A stretch of 32,000 nucleotides of DNA from Candidatus Nanogingivalaceae bacterium (GTDB taxonomy: Bacteria > Patescibacteriota > Saccharimonadia > Saccharimonadales > Saccharimonadaceae): assembly GCA_015257795.3 (NCBI GenBank), contig CP072208.2, positions 450,001 to 482,000 of the forward strand, in the 5' to 3' direction. Shown one piece after another: positions 1 through 13,558 of this stretch. A program made the translations under genes and the position numbers. The notes under the pieces are model-generated. The model searched no databases and had not been told where the DNA came from. It saw only the letters and a program-made list of their open reading frames with translations. Positions within the stretch are counted from its first letter, which is position 1. Each line of letters starts with the position of its first letter.

Positions 1-76
1 GAGATATTTTCATACTATTCGTAATTATAGCATATTTTAACCGTTGTTGGCAAATTATTATTTTTCATAAAAGCAC

Positions 77-105
77 TTGCTAAAGATTTTTTATGGTGCT
101 AAAAT
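77..105 (+). promoter_or_regulatory. sigma70-type promoter of eno
   Basis: TTGCTA (77-82), 17-nt spacer, TAAAAT (100-105) preceded by TGc. Only 6 nt separate the -10 from the ATG at 112, which is leaderless-type geometry. Confidence 0.55.
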
Positions 106-111
106 GGAAGT

Positions 112-1389
112 ATGGAATATATAATTAAAGATATCAAAGGACGACAAATTTTAGACTCCCGCGGCAATCCAACAGTTGAAGCGGATGTAATTTTAGAAAG
201 CGGTGCTTTTGGCCGTGCAGCAGTTCCAAGCGGCGCATCAACAGGATCGGGTGAAGCTCTTGAACTTCGCGATGGCGATAAAGCTTTTGGTGGAAAATCA
301 GTTTATAAGGCTGTTTCTGCTGTTAATAATCAGATTCGAGAAGCCTTGATCGGTAAAAATGCTGAGGATCAAGAAACTATCGATAAAATTATGATCGATC
401 TTGACGGAACTGAAAATAAAGCTGGCCTAGGTGCAAATGCAATCCTTTCAGTATCTCTTGCAACAGCAAAAGCTGTAGCAAACGCGAAAGGTGTTGAACT
501 TTGGCAATATATCGCCGAAAAAACTAACTCAACTCCAAATCTTCCACTTCCAATGATGAATGTCATGAATGGTGGTGCACACGCTGGATGGGCAACTGAT
601 ATTCAGGAATATATGATTATGCCTGTTGGCGCTAAAGATATCTTCGAAGCCATTCAAATGGGTGCTGAGACTTTTCATGCTTTAGCAAAAGTCCTTAAAT
701 CGAAAAACTACCCAACAACTGTTGGTGATGAAGGTGGTTATGCGCCAAGAGTTCAAAACGGAAATGAAGAACCTCTACAATTAATTTCTCAAGCTATCAA
801 AGACGCCGGTTATGAACCAGGAAAAGATATCGCTTTCGCGTCAGACCCAGCATCAAGCGAATTCTACAAAGATGGAAAATATGATTTGAAAGCCAATGAT
901 GCAGTTCTTTCTAGTGAAGAAATGATCGAATTCTATGAAGATTTAACTTCAAAATATCCTTTTGTTTCAATTGAAGATGGACTTGCTGAAAACGATTGGG
1001 ATGGATGGAAAGTTCTTACAGAACGTCTTGGCAAAAAAATCCAACTTGTTGGTGACGATTTAATGGTTACAAATTCAAAACTTCTCCAAAAATCAATCGA
1101 TTTAAATGTTGCGAATGCTATTCTTATTAAACCAAATCAAATTGGTTCTCTAACAGAAACTATTAATGCCGTAAAATTGGCTCAAAATAATGGCTACAAC
1201 ACTGTAATGAGTCACCGCTCAGGCGAAACAGAAGATGTAACAATCGCTCATTTGGCTGTCGGTTTAGGATGTGGACAAATTAAAACTGGATCTCTTTCAC
1301 GAACTGATCGTGTTGCAAAATACAATGAATTAATGCGAATCGCTGAAGCACATCCAGAACTAAAACTTGCGCAACCTTTTGAAAAATAG
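112..1389 (+). CDS. eno: enolase (phosphopyruvate hydratase)
   Basis: 425-aa ORF. N-terminus [22 protein letters not shown] and C-terminal [17 protein letters not shown] / [15 protein letters not shown] are classic enolase motifs. Confidence 0.97.
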   Translation: MEYIIKDIKGRQILDSRGNPTVEADVILESGAFGRAAVPSGASTGSGEALELRDGDKAFGGKSVYKAVSAVNNQIREALIGKNAEDQETIDKIMIDLDGTENKAGLGANAILSVSLATAKAVANAKGVELWQYIAEKTNSTPNLPLPMMNVMNGGAHAGWATDIQEYMIMPVGAKDIFEAIQMGAETFHALAKVLKSKNYPTTVGDEGGYAPRVQNGNEEPLQLISQAIKDAGYEPGKDIAFASDPASSEFYKDGKYDLKANDAVLSSEEMIEFYEDLTSKYPFVSIEDGLAENDWDGWKVLTERLGKKIQLVGDDLMVTNSKLLQKSIDLNVANAILIKPNQIGSLTETINAVKLAQNNGYNTVMSHRSGETEDVTIAHLAVGLGCGQIKTGSLSRTDRVAKYNELMRIAEAHPELKLAQPFEK

Positions 1390-1405
1390 CATACTATAAT
1401 GTAAA

Positions 1406-1437
1406 TAAAAAAATCTCCAAACTCTGGAGATTTTTTT
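1406..1437. terminator. bidirectional intrinsic terminator between eno and dnaE
   Basis: AAAAAAATCTCCA-aactc-TGGAGATTTTTTT. The perfect stem is flanked by an A-run and a T-run and lies between convergent genes. Confidence 0.8.
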
Positions 1438-1446
1438 ATTTACGAA

Positions 1447-4400
1447 TTAGTCTTTAAGCACCACACACTCTTCACCAAGTAGCAAAACCAACTCTTTAAG
1501 TAGTTTCGAACTCGCATCAACTTTAAAGCGCATTCGAATTGCAGATTTTTCAACTTCACCAAGAACCAAGATTACCTCACTCATTCCAGGGAATTTTTCA
1601 CAGATTTTCCTTATCGAAAGCAAAGATTTATGATCGCTTGGATTCTTTATGTGCAAAAATACCCTTTGTATTTTTTCTGCCTGATAATTTTCCGCCGATC
1701 GAGACTTGTCTAGCGTCTTATTTGTATCTTGTGTTTTTAAAGTTGTTCCACTATTTTTTTGCGTGAATGTATGTTTTTTCCCATTCGAAACTCTTTGAGA
1801 AACAGTCTTAGTTTGTGGTACTTTTCTAGTCTTCAAGCCTTCTGCACGATGGCCAGTTGATTCATAATTCTCCAATTCTTCATCTGTTATAACCGAAACT
1901 GTTTCAGCAATAATTTGCGCATCTGGTTTTAAATTACCATCACGATCTCTTGCTGACACTTTGCCTTCAATTTTTAATACGGCATCAATATTTAACCTAT
2001 CGCCAATCTCTGCATATAGATTTGGGAAAATTATCACCTCACCTTCGCCAGTTTTATCTTCCATTTTAACGAAGGCCATTTTTGTTCCGCTTTTTGTAAT
2101 AATCGTTCGAACATCAATCACTATCCCGCCAATTGTTGCTTTTTGCCCATCCGTATTTGGCTGAACCTGCGAAAGGGGTTGTGTTTGTTCTTCGAAATAT
2201 TTAACATAACGATCTAATGGGTGCGCAGACACATATAGTCCCAATAATTCACGCTCCCAAGTTAAACGCTCTTTATCTGTATGCTGTTTTGGTGCAGTTA
2301 AAAGTTCAACGGTAGATTCAACCCGCATATCATCTGCACCCGCAAAACCAAATAAATCTGTTTGTCCAGAAAGAGCCTCTTTTTGGCTTTTTGAACCATA
2401 TTCTTGAATCCGCTCCAAATTAAACAGCAGATCAGATCGCGTACCGAATTCATCAAAAGCTCCTGTCATAATTAATGAATCCCAAGCCTTTTTATTGAAT
2501 TGACGCGCATTCACGCGTTTTGCAAAATCTAAAATTGAACTAAATTTTCCGCCCGTTTTTCTGGCCTCCAAAACAGCGTCGACAGCACCCGAACCAACAG
2601 CTTTAACAGCCAAAAGACCAAAACGAATCTTCTTTTCATGAGGCACGATAGCGAAGTCTTTAAATGATTCGTTCACGTCAGGTCCAAGAACCTGAATTCC
2701 CATTGAGCGACATTCGGCGATCTCAATAGCTAGTCGATCAGTATCATCAGAATCTGCCGTCATTAAGGCTGCCATAAAAGCATCTGGGTAGTGAGCTTTA
2801 ATATACGCCGTCCAATACGCAATCAAAGCGTAACAAGCGGCGTGCGATTTATTAAAACAATAGTTCGCAAACTCTTCAAGGTGATCCCAGAAAGCTTCAA
2901 CTTTTGCGCGATCAGCGTTAGAGTGTTTGACTGCGCCCTCAATAAACTCACCCTTCATTTTTTTCATTAGGTCGATTTTTTTCTTACCCACAGCCTTACG
3001 AAGAGTATCAGCCTGACCACCAGTAAATCCACTAACTTCCTTTGAAATCTGCATGAATTGCTCCTGGTAAACAAGAATTCCATATGTGTTTTTTAAAGCG
3101 TTCTCCATATGATCTTCATAATATGTTACAGGCTCTTCACCATGTTTTCGTGCAATAAACTTCGGAATTTCGCTCATTGGACCCGGGCGATATAGAGCCA
3201 CCATCGCAATAATATCTTCAAATTTCGAAGGTTTGAGCTCTCGAAGATAACGTTTCATTCCCGCAGATTCAAGCTGAAAAACTCCTGTAGAATCACCACG
3301 TGCTAGCAGCTCATAAGCCTTCTTGTCGTTAAGATCTAATTTCGAAAGGTCAATATCCACACCATACGTTCGTTTTATGATTTTTTGGGCTGTAGAAATA
3401 ATTGAAAGGTTTTTAAGACCCAGAAAGTCCATCTTCAACAAACCCAAATCTTCAACTTGCCCCATCGGAACTTGAGTTGCTACAACACCTTTTTGCGCCA
3501 TTTCAAGCGGTAGGTATTTTATTAGATCATCTGGCGCGATCACAACTCCACAAGCATGGACGCCATGGTTTCGAATAGTACCCTCGAGCTGCATCGCAAA
3601 GTCATAAACAGTCTTTGCGGTCGGATTTGTCTCATATTCATGCTTTAAATCCTGATCGTTCTCTAAAGAAACCCGAAGCGGTGTATGTCTACCCTGTGTT
3701 GGGTCTGGAACTAATTTCGCAAACCGATCCGCCTCAGAATATGGGACCTCCAAAACTCGTGCCACATCACGAACGGCGTTTTTAGCCATCATCTTACCAA
3801 AAGTTGCAATGTTCGCCACACGGTCAATACCGTATTTATCCGTACAATATTGAATAACTTCATTTCGCCGCGTATCTTGAATATCGACATCAATATCAGG
3901 CATAGAAATTCGATCAGGATTCAAAAACCTTTCAAAAAGCAAATCATATTCAAGCGGATCAAGATCGGTAATATGTAAGGCATAAGCAATAATAGATCCT
4001 GCAGCAGAACCACGCCCTGGACCAAAAACAATACCCTGTGATTTTCCCCAGTTAATAAAATCTTGAACGATCAAAAAGTAACCGTTATAACCCATTCCAT
4101 CGATCACCCCAAGCTCCATATCAACCCGATCTAAAACATTTTCTGGTAATTTTTTACGAATGTCTGGAATTGACATTTTTTTAACTTCATCAATAGGGAT
4201 TCCACCATACCTCTCTCCAAGCCCCTGAAAAACAAGCTTATCCAAATAAGCTTTTTCACTATCTTCACCATCGGGTAGCGGGAATTTTGGGATTAAGATC
4301 TTCCCGAACTCAAATTCGAAATTTACTTTTTCCGCAATATGTTTTGTATTTAAAATAATTTCCGGATCAATTTTTCCCCAGCGCTCGATAATATCTTTAG

Positions 4401-5220
4401 GATTCGTAACAAAAAGATCGAACTCTTTCAAACTCATACGCTTCTCGTCGTTCAAGTATGAGCCCGTACCAACACAAAGTAGGATTTCGTGTGCATCTTG
4501 ATCTTCGTGGGTTAAGTAGTGTGAATCGCACGTTACAACCATTGGAATACCCAGCTCATCATGAAGTTTAAAGAGACCGTCATTGATCTCTCTCTGAACT
4601 TCCCAGTGATTAGGACAATCTGGATGGCCATGGTCTTGGAGTTCTAGATAAAAATCTTCACCATAAACAGACTGATACCACTTTGCAAGTTCCCTTGCAC
4701 GCTCAAAATCCCCAGAACGAATCGATTCTGAGATTTCAGATCCGGCACACCCGCTTAAACAAACTACCCCCTCGGAATATTTTTCCATGATATCATGATC
4801 TATACGCGGTTTATAATATTGACCCTCCATCCATGCTTTTGAGGTTAAAGCACAAAGATTTTGCCATCCAGTTTGGTTTTTAGCTAACAGAATCAAGTGA
4901 TATCGCGGTTTATCGTGCGCAGGATCTCGATCAAAACGAGTCCTTGCCGCAACATAAGCCTCAATACCAAGGATAGGCTTAACACCTTTAGACTTAGCCT
5001 CTTTAAAAAACTCAATTGAACCAGACATAGTACCATGGTCAGTGATAGCAACCGCTTCCATTCCATTAGCTTTAACATTGTCAATCAAAGCGTCAATTTT
5101 AGTCAACCCGTCAAGTAAAGAGTGATACGTATGCGTATGCAAATGAACAAAGTCGCTAGGAACAAGATCCTCAAAAGTTTTAGTATTTTTTATTTTTTCC
5201 TCCGTTTCCATACCCTCCAT
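1447..5220 (-). CDS. dnaE: DNA polymerase III alpha subunit (DnaE type)
   Basis: 1257-aa ORF with an N-terminal PHP domain (FVHLHTHTYHSLLDG), polymerase core and OB fold. The C-terminal segment resembles the canonical DnaE C-terminus. The start could instead be the second ATG at 5211 (see promoter 5219-5248). Confidence 0.95.
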   Translation of the reverse strand: MEGMETEEKIKNTKTFEDLVPSDFVHLHTHTYHSLLDGLTKIDALIDNVKANGMEAVAITDHGTMSGSIEFFKEAKSKGVKPILGIEAYVAARTRFDRDPAHDKPRYHLILLAKNQTGWQNLCALTSKAWMEGQYYKPRIDHDIMEKYSEGVVCLSGCAGSEISESIRSGDFERARELAKWYQSVYGEDFYLELQDHGHPDCPNHWEVQREINDGLFKLHDELGIPMVVTCDSHYLTHEDQDAHEILLCVGTGSYLNDEKRMSLKEFDLFVTNPKDIIERWGKIDPEIILNTKHIAEKVNFEFEFGKILIPKFPLPDGEDSEKAYLDKLVFQGLGERYGGIPIDEVKKMSIPDIRKKLPENVLDRVDMELGVIDGMGYNGYFLIVQDFINWGKSQGIVFGPGRGSAAGSIIAYALHITDLDPLEYDLLFERFLNPDRISMPDIDVDIQDTRRNEVIQYCTDKYGIDRVANIATFGKMMAKNAVRDVARVLEVPYSEADRFAKLVPDPTQGRHTPLRVSLENDQDLKHEYETNPTAKTVYDFAMQLEGTIRNHGVHACGVVIAPDDLIKYLPLEMAQKGVVATQVPMGQVEDLGLLKMDFLGLKNLSIISTAQKIIKRTYGVDIDLSKLDLNDKKAYELLARGDSTGVFQLESAGMKRYLRELKPSKFEDIIAMVALYRPGPMSEIPKFIARKHGEEPVTYYEDHMENALKNTYGILVYQEQFMQISKEVSGFTGGQADTLRKAVGKKKIDLMKKMKGEFIEGAVKHSNADRAKVEAFWDHLEEFANYCFNKSHAACYALIAYWTAYIKAHYPDAFMAALMTADSDDTDRLAIEIAECRSMGIQVLGPDVNESFKDFAIVPHEKKIRFGLLAVKAVGSGAVDAVLEARKTGGKFSSILDFAKRVNARQFNKKAWDSLIMTGAFDEFGTRSDLLFNLERIQEYGSKSQKEALSGQTDLFGFAGADDMRVESTVELLTAPKQHTDKERLTWERELLGLYVSAHPLDRYVKYFEEQTQPLSQVQPNTDGQKATIGGIVIDVRTIITKSGTKMAFVKMEDKTGEGEVIIFPNLYAEIGDRLNIDAVLKIEGKVSARDRDGNLKPDAQIIAETVSVITDEELENYESTGHRAEGLKTRKVPQTKTVSQRVSNGKKHTFTQKNSGTTLKTQDTNKTLDKSRSAENYQAEKIQRVFLHIKNPSDHKSLLSIRKICEKFPGMSEVILVLGEVEKSAIRMRFKVDASSKLLKELVLLLGEECVVLKD

Positions 5221-5248
5221 TATATCACATTCCTTCCTCTATTTTCAA
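5219..5248 (-). promoter_or_regulatory. candidate dnaE promoter
   Basis: On the minus strand: TTGAAA, 18-nt spacer, TGaTATAAT. The -10 overlaps the first ATG (5220), and the second in-frame ATG (5211) lies 7 nt downstream of the -10. Confidence 0.4.
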
Positions 5249-5259
5249 TTCCCATAACG

Positions 5260-5290
5260 AAAAAACTCCACCGGTTAGGAGGAGTTTTTT
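5260..5290 (-). terminator. intrinsic terminator after 5S rRNA
   Basis: AAAAAACTCC...GGAGTTTTTT hairpin immediately 3' of the 5S gene on the minus strand. Confidence 0.65.
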
Positions 5291-5294
5291 ATAA

Positions 5295-5402
5295 TTCGGC
5301 ACCGTGCTATTTTCCCGCTTTCGCAGTATGCTCGCCGCTACTGGGCTTAACTTCTGTGTTCGGAATGAGAACAGGTGTTTCCCCAGCGCCATGGGCACCG
5401 AA
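5295..5402 (-). rRNA. rrf: 5S rRNA
   Basis: The reverse complement reads TTCGGTGCCCATGGCGCTGGGGAAACACCTGTTCTCATTCCGAACACAGAAGTTAAGCCC...GGTGCCGAA. It has the conserved CCGAAC and AAGTTAAGC blocks and a terminal helix. Ends are +/-5 nt. Confidence 0.88.
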
Positions 5403-5592
5403 ATAAGGTTTTGTGCTTCAACTCGCCACAAATTCCTAAGCGGTGAGCCAAAACCTCGTTTCGATGTCCTTGGTATTATTTGGTAATGCCAAGATTTTAG
5501 ATTGACTAGCGATTATCCTTGATAATCACCAAACACTAGTTAAGTCTACCATATTCACGCCAATAATACAAGATTATTTTAGTGAATATGGA

Positions 5593-8729
<3,137 letters not shown>

Positions 8730-8888
8730 AGTAATTGGTAACAACCAAATACTTGCCGTCAATCTTAAATTCTTATCTTCTTTTACATCACCAAATTGTT
8801 AAATTTCTCGCTCCCATTTTAAGAGCAAAATTATAAATTCAATCTTACAAAGATTCGAACTTATCATCCTGATCTCAAACGCTTTACT

Positions 8889-8917
8889 ATTATATATTTT
8901 TGAATATTTTTTGTCAA
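8889..8917 (-). promoter_or_regulatory. promoter upstream of 23S (proximal)
   Basis: Minus strand TTGACA, 17-nt spacer, TATAAT, followed by AGTAAAG. Confidence 0.55.
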
Positions 8918-8983
8918 TAGTTTTTTATCATTTTATTGACTTTTTAGCCAGAGGTTCAGGATGAACGTTCGCAAGTGATTACT

Positions 8984-9012
8984 ATTATATATCATTTTAT
9001 TTTTGAATGCAA
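8984..9012 (-). promoter_or_regulatory. promoter upstream of 23S (distal)
   Basis: Minus strand TTGCAT, 17-nt spacer, TATAAT, followed by AGTAATC. Confidence 0.55.
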
Positions 9013-9043
9013 GAGTTTTTGGATGTTTTTTTAATTTTTCGCA

Positions 9044-9070
9044 ATAAATAAAAACACTCCCACTTGGGAG
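9044..9070 (-). terminator. terminator-like hairpin after tRNA-Ile
   Basis: Minus strand CTCCCAAGTGGGAG followed by TGTTTTTATTTATT, starting 6 nt after the tRNA CCA end. The stem is short. Confidence 0.45.
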
Positions 9071-9075
9071 TTCTA

Positions 9076-9152
9076 TGGTGGGCGATGAGGGACTTGAACC
9101 TCCGACCTCGTCATTATCAGTGACGCGCTCTAACCAGCTGAGCTAATCGCCC
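9076..9152 (-). tRNA. tRNA-Ile (anticodon GAT), CCA encoded
   Basis: The reverse complement is GGGCGATTAGCTCAGCTGGTTAGAGCGCGTCACTGATAATGACGAGGTCGGAGGTTCAAGTCCCTCATCGCCCACCA. It folds as a cloverleaf with anticodon loop CTGATAA. Confidence 0.95.
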
Positions 9153-9205
9153 ATATTCGGCTTTTTGCCAAAGAGAATTTTCGAAAAAGATTCAAAAACT
9201 TTCTT

Positions 9206-9282
9206 TGGTGGAGATACAGGGACTCGAACCCTGGACCCCCTGCTTGCAAAGCAGGTGCTCTAGCCAACTGAGCTATATCCCC
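9206..9282 (-). tRNA. tRNA-Ala (anticodon TGC), CCA encoded
   Basis: The reverse complement is GGGGATATAGCTCAGTTGGCTAGAGCACCTGCTTTGCAAGCAGGGGGTCCAGGGTTCGAGTCCCTGTATCTCCACCA. The G3:U70 identity pair is present. Confidence 0.95.
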
Positions 9283-9305
9283 AGATTTTTAATGAATACT
9301 ATAAT

Positions 9306-9334
9306 AGTATATATTATTTATTAATAAAATGCAA
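9306..9334 (-). promoter_or_regulatory. promoter-like element upstream of tRNA-Ala
   Basis: Minus strand TTGCAT, 17-nt spacer, TATACT. Confidence 0.45.
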
Positions 9335-9347
9335 GGGTTTTTTCTTA

Positions 9348-9381
9348 TTAATAAAAATAGCCGATCTTTCGAAAGGCTATT
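9348..9381 (-). terminator. terminator-like hairpin after the 16S trailer
   Basis: Minus strand AATAGCC-loop-GGCTATT followed by TTTTATT. It lies about 10 nt beyond the trailer half of the 16S processing stem. Confidence 0.5.
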
Positions 9382-9539
9382 TAATTTTAACAACTTAATT
9401 GTGCAATCTATCTCAGTCTGCGGTAAACTTTAGTCTTGCCTTTACAGGCTGAATTCGAAAGTAAAATTTACAGAAACTTTCGAAAAGACCGACCTAGCTT
9501 CAAAGGTTGATTTCTCGAACCTTTGGCATAACTCTCCCT

Positions 9540-11068
<1,529 letters not shown>

Positions 11069-11180
11069 AAAGAATTATCAAATTGATAATCTATAAAATA
11101 GACTGACGATAAATTTGCACAATTAAATTGTTAAAGTATTCGCTAAACTCCATTCACTCATTTTTGTTTAACGCTCTACT

Positions 11181-11209
11181 ATTTTACCTAATTTTTAAAG
11201 TATTGTCAA
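11181..11209 (-). promoter_or_regulatory. 16S promoter
   Basis: Minus strand TTGACA, 17-nt spacer, TAAAAT, followed by AGTAGAG. Confidence 0.6.
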
Positions 11210-11246
11210 CACTTTTTTATTACTTTTTTATTTTTATTTCAAAATA

Positions 11247-11274
11247 AATAGGTCGAGCCTGCACTCAACCTATT
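11247..11274 (-). terminator. intrinsic terminator after lysS
   Basis: AATAGGT-14 nt-ACCTATT hairpin followed by a T-rich tract on the minus strand. Confidence 0.5.
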
Positions 11275-11279
11275 ATATA

Positions 11280-12791
11280 TTATATATTTAGTCCTGGATA
11301 AATATCTTTTGTCGTCTCTGAAACTTCATGTTTTAATTGAGGGAATGGTACACCTTCACGAGCCGTAACACCTTCAAAAATCCAAAAGACTCGTTCAGAA
11401 TACCCCATTCCACAAGCAGGTGGCATTCCATACTCAAGCATTTCAACATAGTCTATATCTAACATCATTGCTTCCTCGTCACCATCATCTCGCATCTTCT
11501 GCTGCTCAACAAAACGATTTAACTGATCGATTGGATCATTCAACTCGCTAAACAAGTTACAAAGCTCAGAACCAGCAATCACAACTTGTGCCCGTTGTGT
11601 CATTTCCGGAGAATCTGAATGAGTCTTCGCAAGAGGTGAAATGAATGTTGGGGTATTGACCAGCCAAATCGGTCCTGTTACATCTTTTCGAATATTTTTC
11701 CAAAGCTTATCAATTCCACGAGCTTTATTTTCAGTTTGCTCGATTTCTAAATTATTAGCTTTCAAAGCGGCTTTAACCTCTTCGAGCGAACAAGTGTAAG
11801 GATTCAATCCGTATCGTTTTTCAATAGTTTCAGCATAATCCCATTCTTCCCACTTTTTCGAAAGATCCACATCAAACTTACCAAGCTTAAATTGCAAAGT
11901 GCCAAAAGTCTGCTCTAGAACATATTTGAACATTTCTTCTTGGAATTTCAAACCATCTCGCCAATCCCAATAGGCCGCATACCATTCCATGGCAATATGT
12001 TCAGGTAAATGTTCATCAGAATAGTTCTCATTTCGAAAACGCGGACCAAGGTCATAAACCTTTTCGAAACCAGCTCCAAGCAAACGCTTTAGAGGAAGTT
12101 CGTGACTAATTCGAAGATAGAATTGTGCGCTATCTAGCGCATCCATATGCGTAACAAACGGATTTGCATCGGCTCCACCAGTAGTGTGCTCAAGGACAGG
12201 AATATTAATCTCAAGAAAACCTCGGCTATTCAAAAAGTCTCGTGTTGCTTTCCAGAATTTTGAACGACGCACAAAACGGTCGCGAACGTCAAGATTTACG
12301 TTCATATCCACATATCGTCTTCGAAAACGTTCTTCCTTATTGGTAAAACCATCTTGCTTTGTTGGCATTGGTCGCAATGATTTTGAAAGAAGTTTTAGTT
12401 CATAAGTTTCAATTGAAATTTCACCAGTTTTTGAACGAATTACTTTTCCGTCAGCTTGAACAAAATCACCAACATCAAGCAAATTCAAATTTTTTAAACC
12501 TATTAGGTTTTTCTCTTTTGAAGTTTCAGCTAAATTTTGCGCCGTAATAAATAGCTGTATTTTTCCTGAAAAGTCGCGCAAAACAATAAAGGCAATTTTA
12601 CCAAATTTTCGAATACCGGCAATTCGCCCAGCAATTTTCACTTCTTGGCCTTCCATATCTTCAAAGTTAGCAACAATCTCACCAGCCATTGCTGTTCTTT
12701 CTGTTTCTGCAGGATATGGGTTTAAACCAAGACTTTTAATCTCTTCTAGTTTTCGTAGTCGCTCTTCGCGTAGTTCTTTCATTGTAGCCAT
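11280..12791 (-). CDS. lysS: lysine--tRNA ligase (class II)
   Basis: 503-aa ORF with an N-terminal OB anticodon-binding domain (EVKIAGRIAGIRKFGKIAFIVLRD) and class II motifs (FLEINIPVL, YDLGPRFRNE, GMGYSERVF). Confidence 0.95.
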   Translation of the reverse strand: MATMKELREERLRKLEEIKSLGLNPYPAETERTAMAGEIVANFEDMEGQEVKIAGRIAGIRKFGKIAFIVLRDFSGKIQLFITAQNLAETSKEKNLIGLKNLNLLDVGDFVQADGKVIRSKTGEISIETYELKLLSKSLRPMPTKQDGFTNKEERFRRRYVDMNVNLDVRDRFVRRSKFWKATRDFLNSRGFLEINIPVLEHTTGGADANPFVTHMDALDSAQFYLRISHELPLKRLLGAGFEKVYDLGPRFRNENYSDEHLPEHIAMEWYAAYWDWRDGLKFQEEMFKYVLEQTFGTLQFKLGKFDVDLSKKWEEWDYAETIEKRYGLNPYTCSLEEVKAALKANNLEIEQTENKARGIDKLWKNIRKDVTGPIWLVNTPTFISPLAKTHSDSPEMTQRAQVVIAGSELCNLFSELNDPIDQLNRFVEQQKMRDDGDEEAMMLDIDYVEMLEYGMPPACGMGYSERVFWIFEGVTAREGVPFPQLKHEVSETTKDIYPGLNI

Positions 12792-12802
12792 AATTAACTA
12801 TT

Positions 12803-12832
12803 ATTTTAGCACATTTTCGAAACTTTTGCCAA
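12803..12832 (-). promoter_or_regulatory. lysS promoter
   Basis: Minus strand TTGGCA, 18-nt spacer, TGcTAAAAT. The -10 lies 11 nt from the ATG and no SD is visible. Confidence 0.5.
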
Positions 12833-12847
12833 TTTTCATAAAATCTA

Positions 12848-12876
12848 TTGACTTTTTTAAAAAATAATGTTATTAT
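12848..12876 (+). promoter_or_regulatory. promoter of the 45-aa ORF
   Basis: TTGACT, 17-nt spacer, TATTAT. Confidence 0.55.
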
Positions 12877-12920
12877 GTAAATCTATTTAGTCCTTGCGAC
12901 GTTAAACACGAGGTAATGCT

Positions 12921-13058
12921 ATGGCAAATCTGAATCGTTCTTTCCAATCTTCTACTTCTAATGTACTGGTAAGCCAAGGTTCTTCGAAAAAGAAAACTTC
13001 ACAAACAGCAGCGCAACCAAAGGACGGTCGCGAACTTGAGTTCTGGCCAGAGCATTAG
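12921..13058 (+). CDS. hypothetical small hydrophilic protein (45 aa)
   Basis: Translates as MANLNRSFQSSTSNVLVSQGSSKKKTSQTAAQPKDGRELEFWPEH. It has its own promoter, a GAGG SD and a terminator. It is below the ORF-track length cutoff. Confidence 0.45.
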   Translation: MANLNRSFQSSTSNVLVSQGSSKKKTSQTAAQPKDGRELEFWPEH

Positions 13059-13065
13059 AAGTCGT

Positions 13066-13090
13066 AGCTCTCGAAATTTCGAGGGCTTTT
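13066..13090 (+). terminator. intrinsic terminator
   Basis: AGCTCTCGAAATTTCGAGGGCT hairpin followed by TTTT. Confidence 0.65.
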
Positions 13091-13093
13091 AAT

Positions 13094-13122
13094 TTGACTT
13101 TTTATACCTTTTGTGTTATTAT
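13094..13122 (+). promoter_or_regulatory. promoter of the 100-aa ORF
   Basis: TTGACT, 17-nt spacer, TATTAT. An AGGAG SD precedes the ATG at 13167. Confidence 0.55.
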
Positions 13123-13166
13123 AATAATATCCCACAGTCGAGAGACTTAAAATCTAGGAGTGTAAT

Positions 13167-13469
13167 ATGAATATTACAAGTACATCTACAAGTACATCTA
13201 CAAGTACATTTGCTGTTGGTGATATTGTGCAGATTCTATATTCAAAGAATCCTGCAGGCAACTGTTGTATCGCTGTCGCTACAATAAGTGAAATACACGA
13301 TACTTATGTTAAAGTAATTGATATTCGCTTTTTTACTGGTAACGCAGTTATGAAAGCTACTAGCAATGAAACAACACCGACTATTTTGAGCAAAATTGCT
13401 TTCTCAAGGATCTCAAAAATTTCAGAAGGAGAATACTTGAGAGATATGTACCTGTGCTCATATGAGTAA
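13167..13469 (+). CDS. hypothetical protein with N-terminal (ST)n repeat
   Basis: 100-aa ORF with its own promoter and SD. No family was recognised. Confidence 0.6.
   Translation: MNITSTSTSTSTSTFAVGDIVQILYSKNPAGNCCIAVATISEIHDTYVKVIDIRFFTGNAVMKATSNETTPTILSKIAFSRISKISEGEYLRDMYLCSYE
13176..13211 (+). repeat. 12-bp tandem repeat x3 (ACAAGTACATCT) inside the 5' end of the CDS
   Basis: There are two perfect copies and a third with one mismatch. They encode TSTSTSTSTSTF. Confidence 0.9.
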
Positions 13470-13497
13470 TTGAAATACAGAAAAACTCATAAACTAA

Positions 13498-13523
13498 AAA
13501 ACCCGCTAGAGGACAGCCTGACA
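13498..13523. repeat. candidate left junction (attL-like) of the integrated element
   Basis: AAAACCCGC-TAGAGGACAG-CCTGACA. This is the mirror image of 25678-25702. Confidence 0.5.
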
Positions 13524-13558
13524 CTCAGCACTCTAAAAATAATCTGAGTTCACGCATC

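Noticed and set aside
1447-1950. The DnaE C-terminal tail (a low-complexity T/K/Q/S linker plus a terminal domain of about 75 aa) looked like a possible novel fusion.
   Set aside because: The terminal segment (AIRMRFKVDASSKLLKELVLLLGEECVVL) follows the same pattern as the canonical C-terminus of E. coli-type DnaE, as I recall it (RLRFG..WRV.PSD.LL..L..LIG...V.L). Only the linker is unusual.
369-5084. Short ORFs antisense to or nested in eno and dnaE: 369-566, 1539-1766, 1961-2164 and 4893-5084. The same applies elsewhere to 12184-12405, 12359-12547, 17486-17710, 18201-18392, 21081-21269, 22026-22271, 23210-23404, 24738-25172, 24856-25116, 26687-26881, 29077-29286, 29673-29870, 30781-30972, 30879-31082 and 31500-31703.
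   Set aside because: Each is embedded in a much longer ORF with clear family motifs. They have low-complexity or odd composition and no SD or promoter.
13176-13211. CRISPR-like or other spaced repeat arrays (the whole window was scanned by eye).
   Set aside because: The only tandem repeat is this 12-bp x3 coding repeat, which has no spacers. No repeat-spacer architecture or cas genes were seen.
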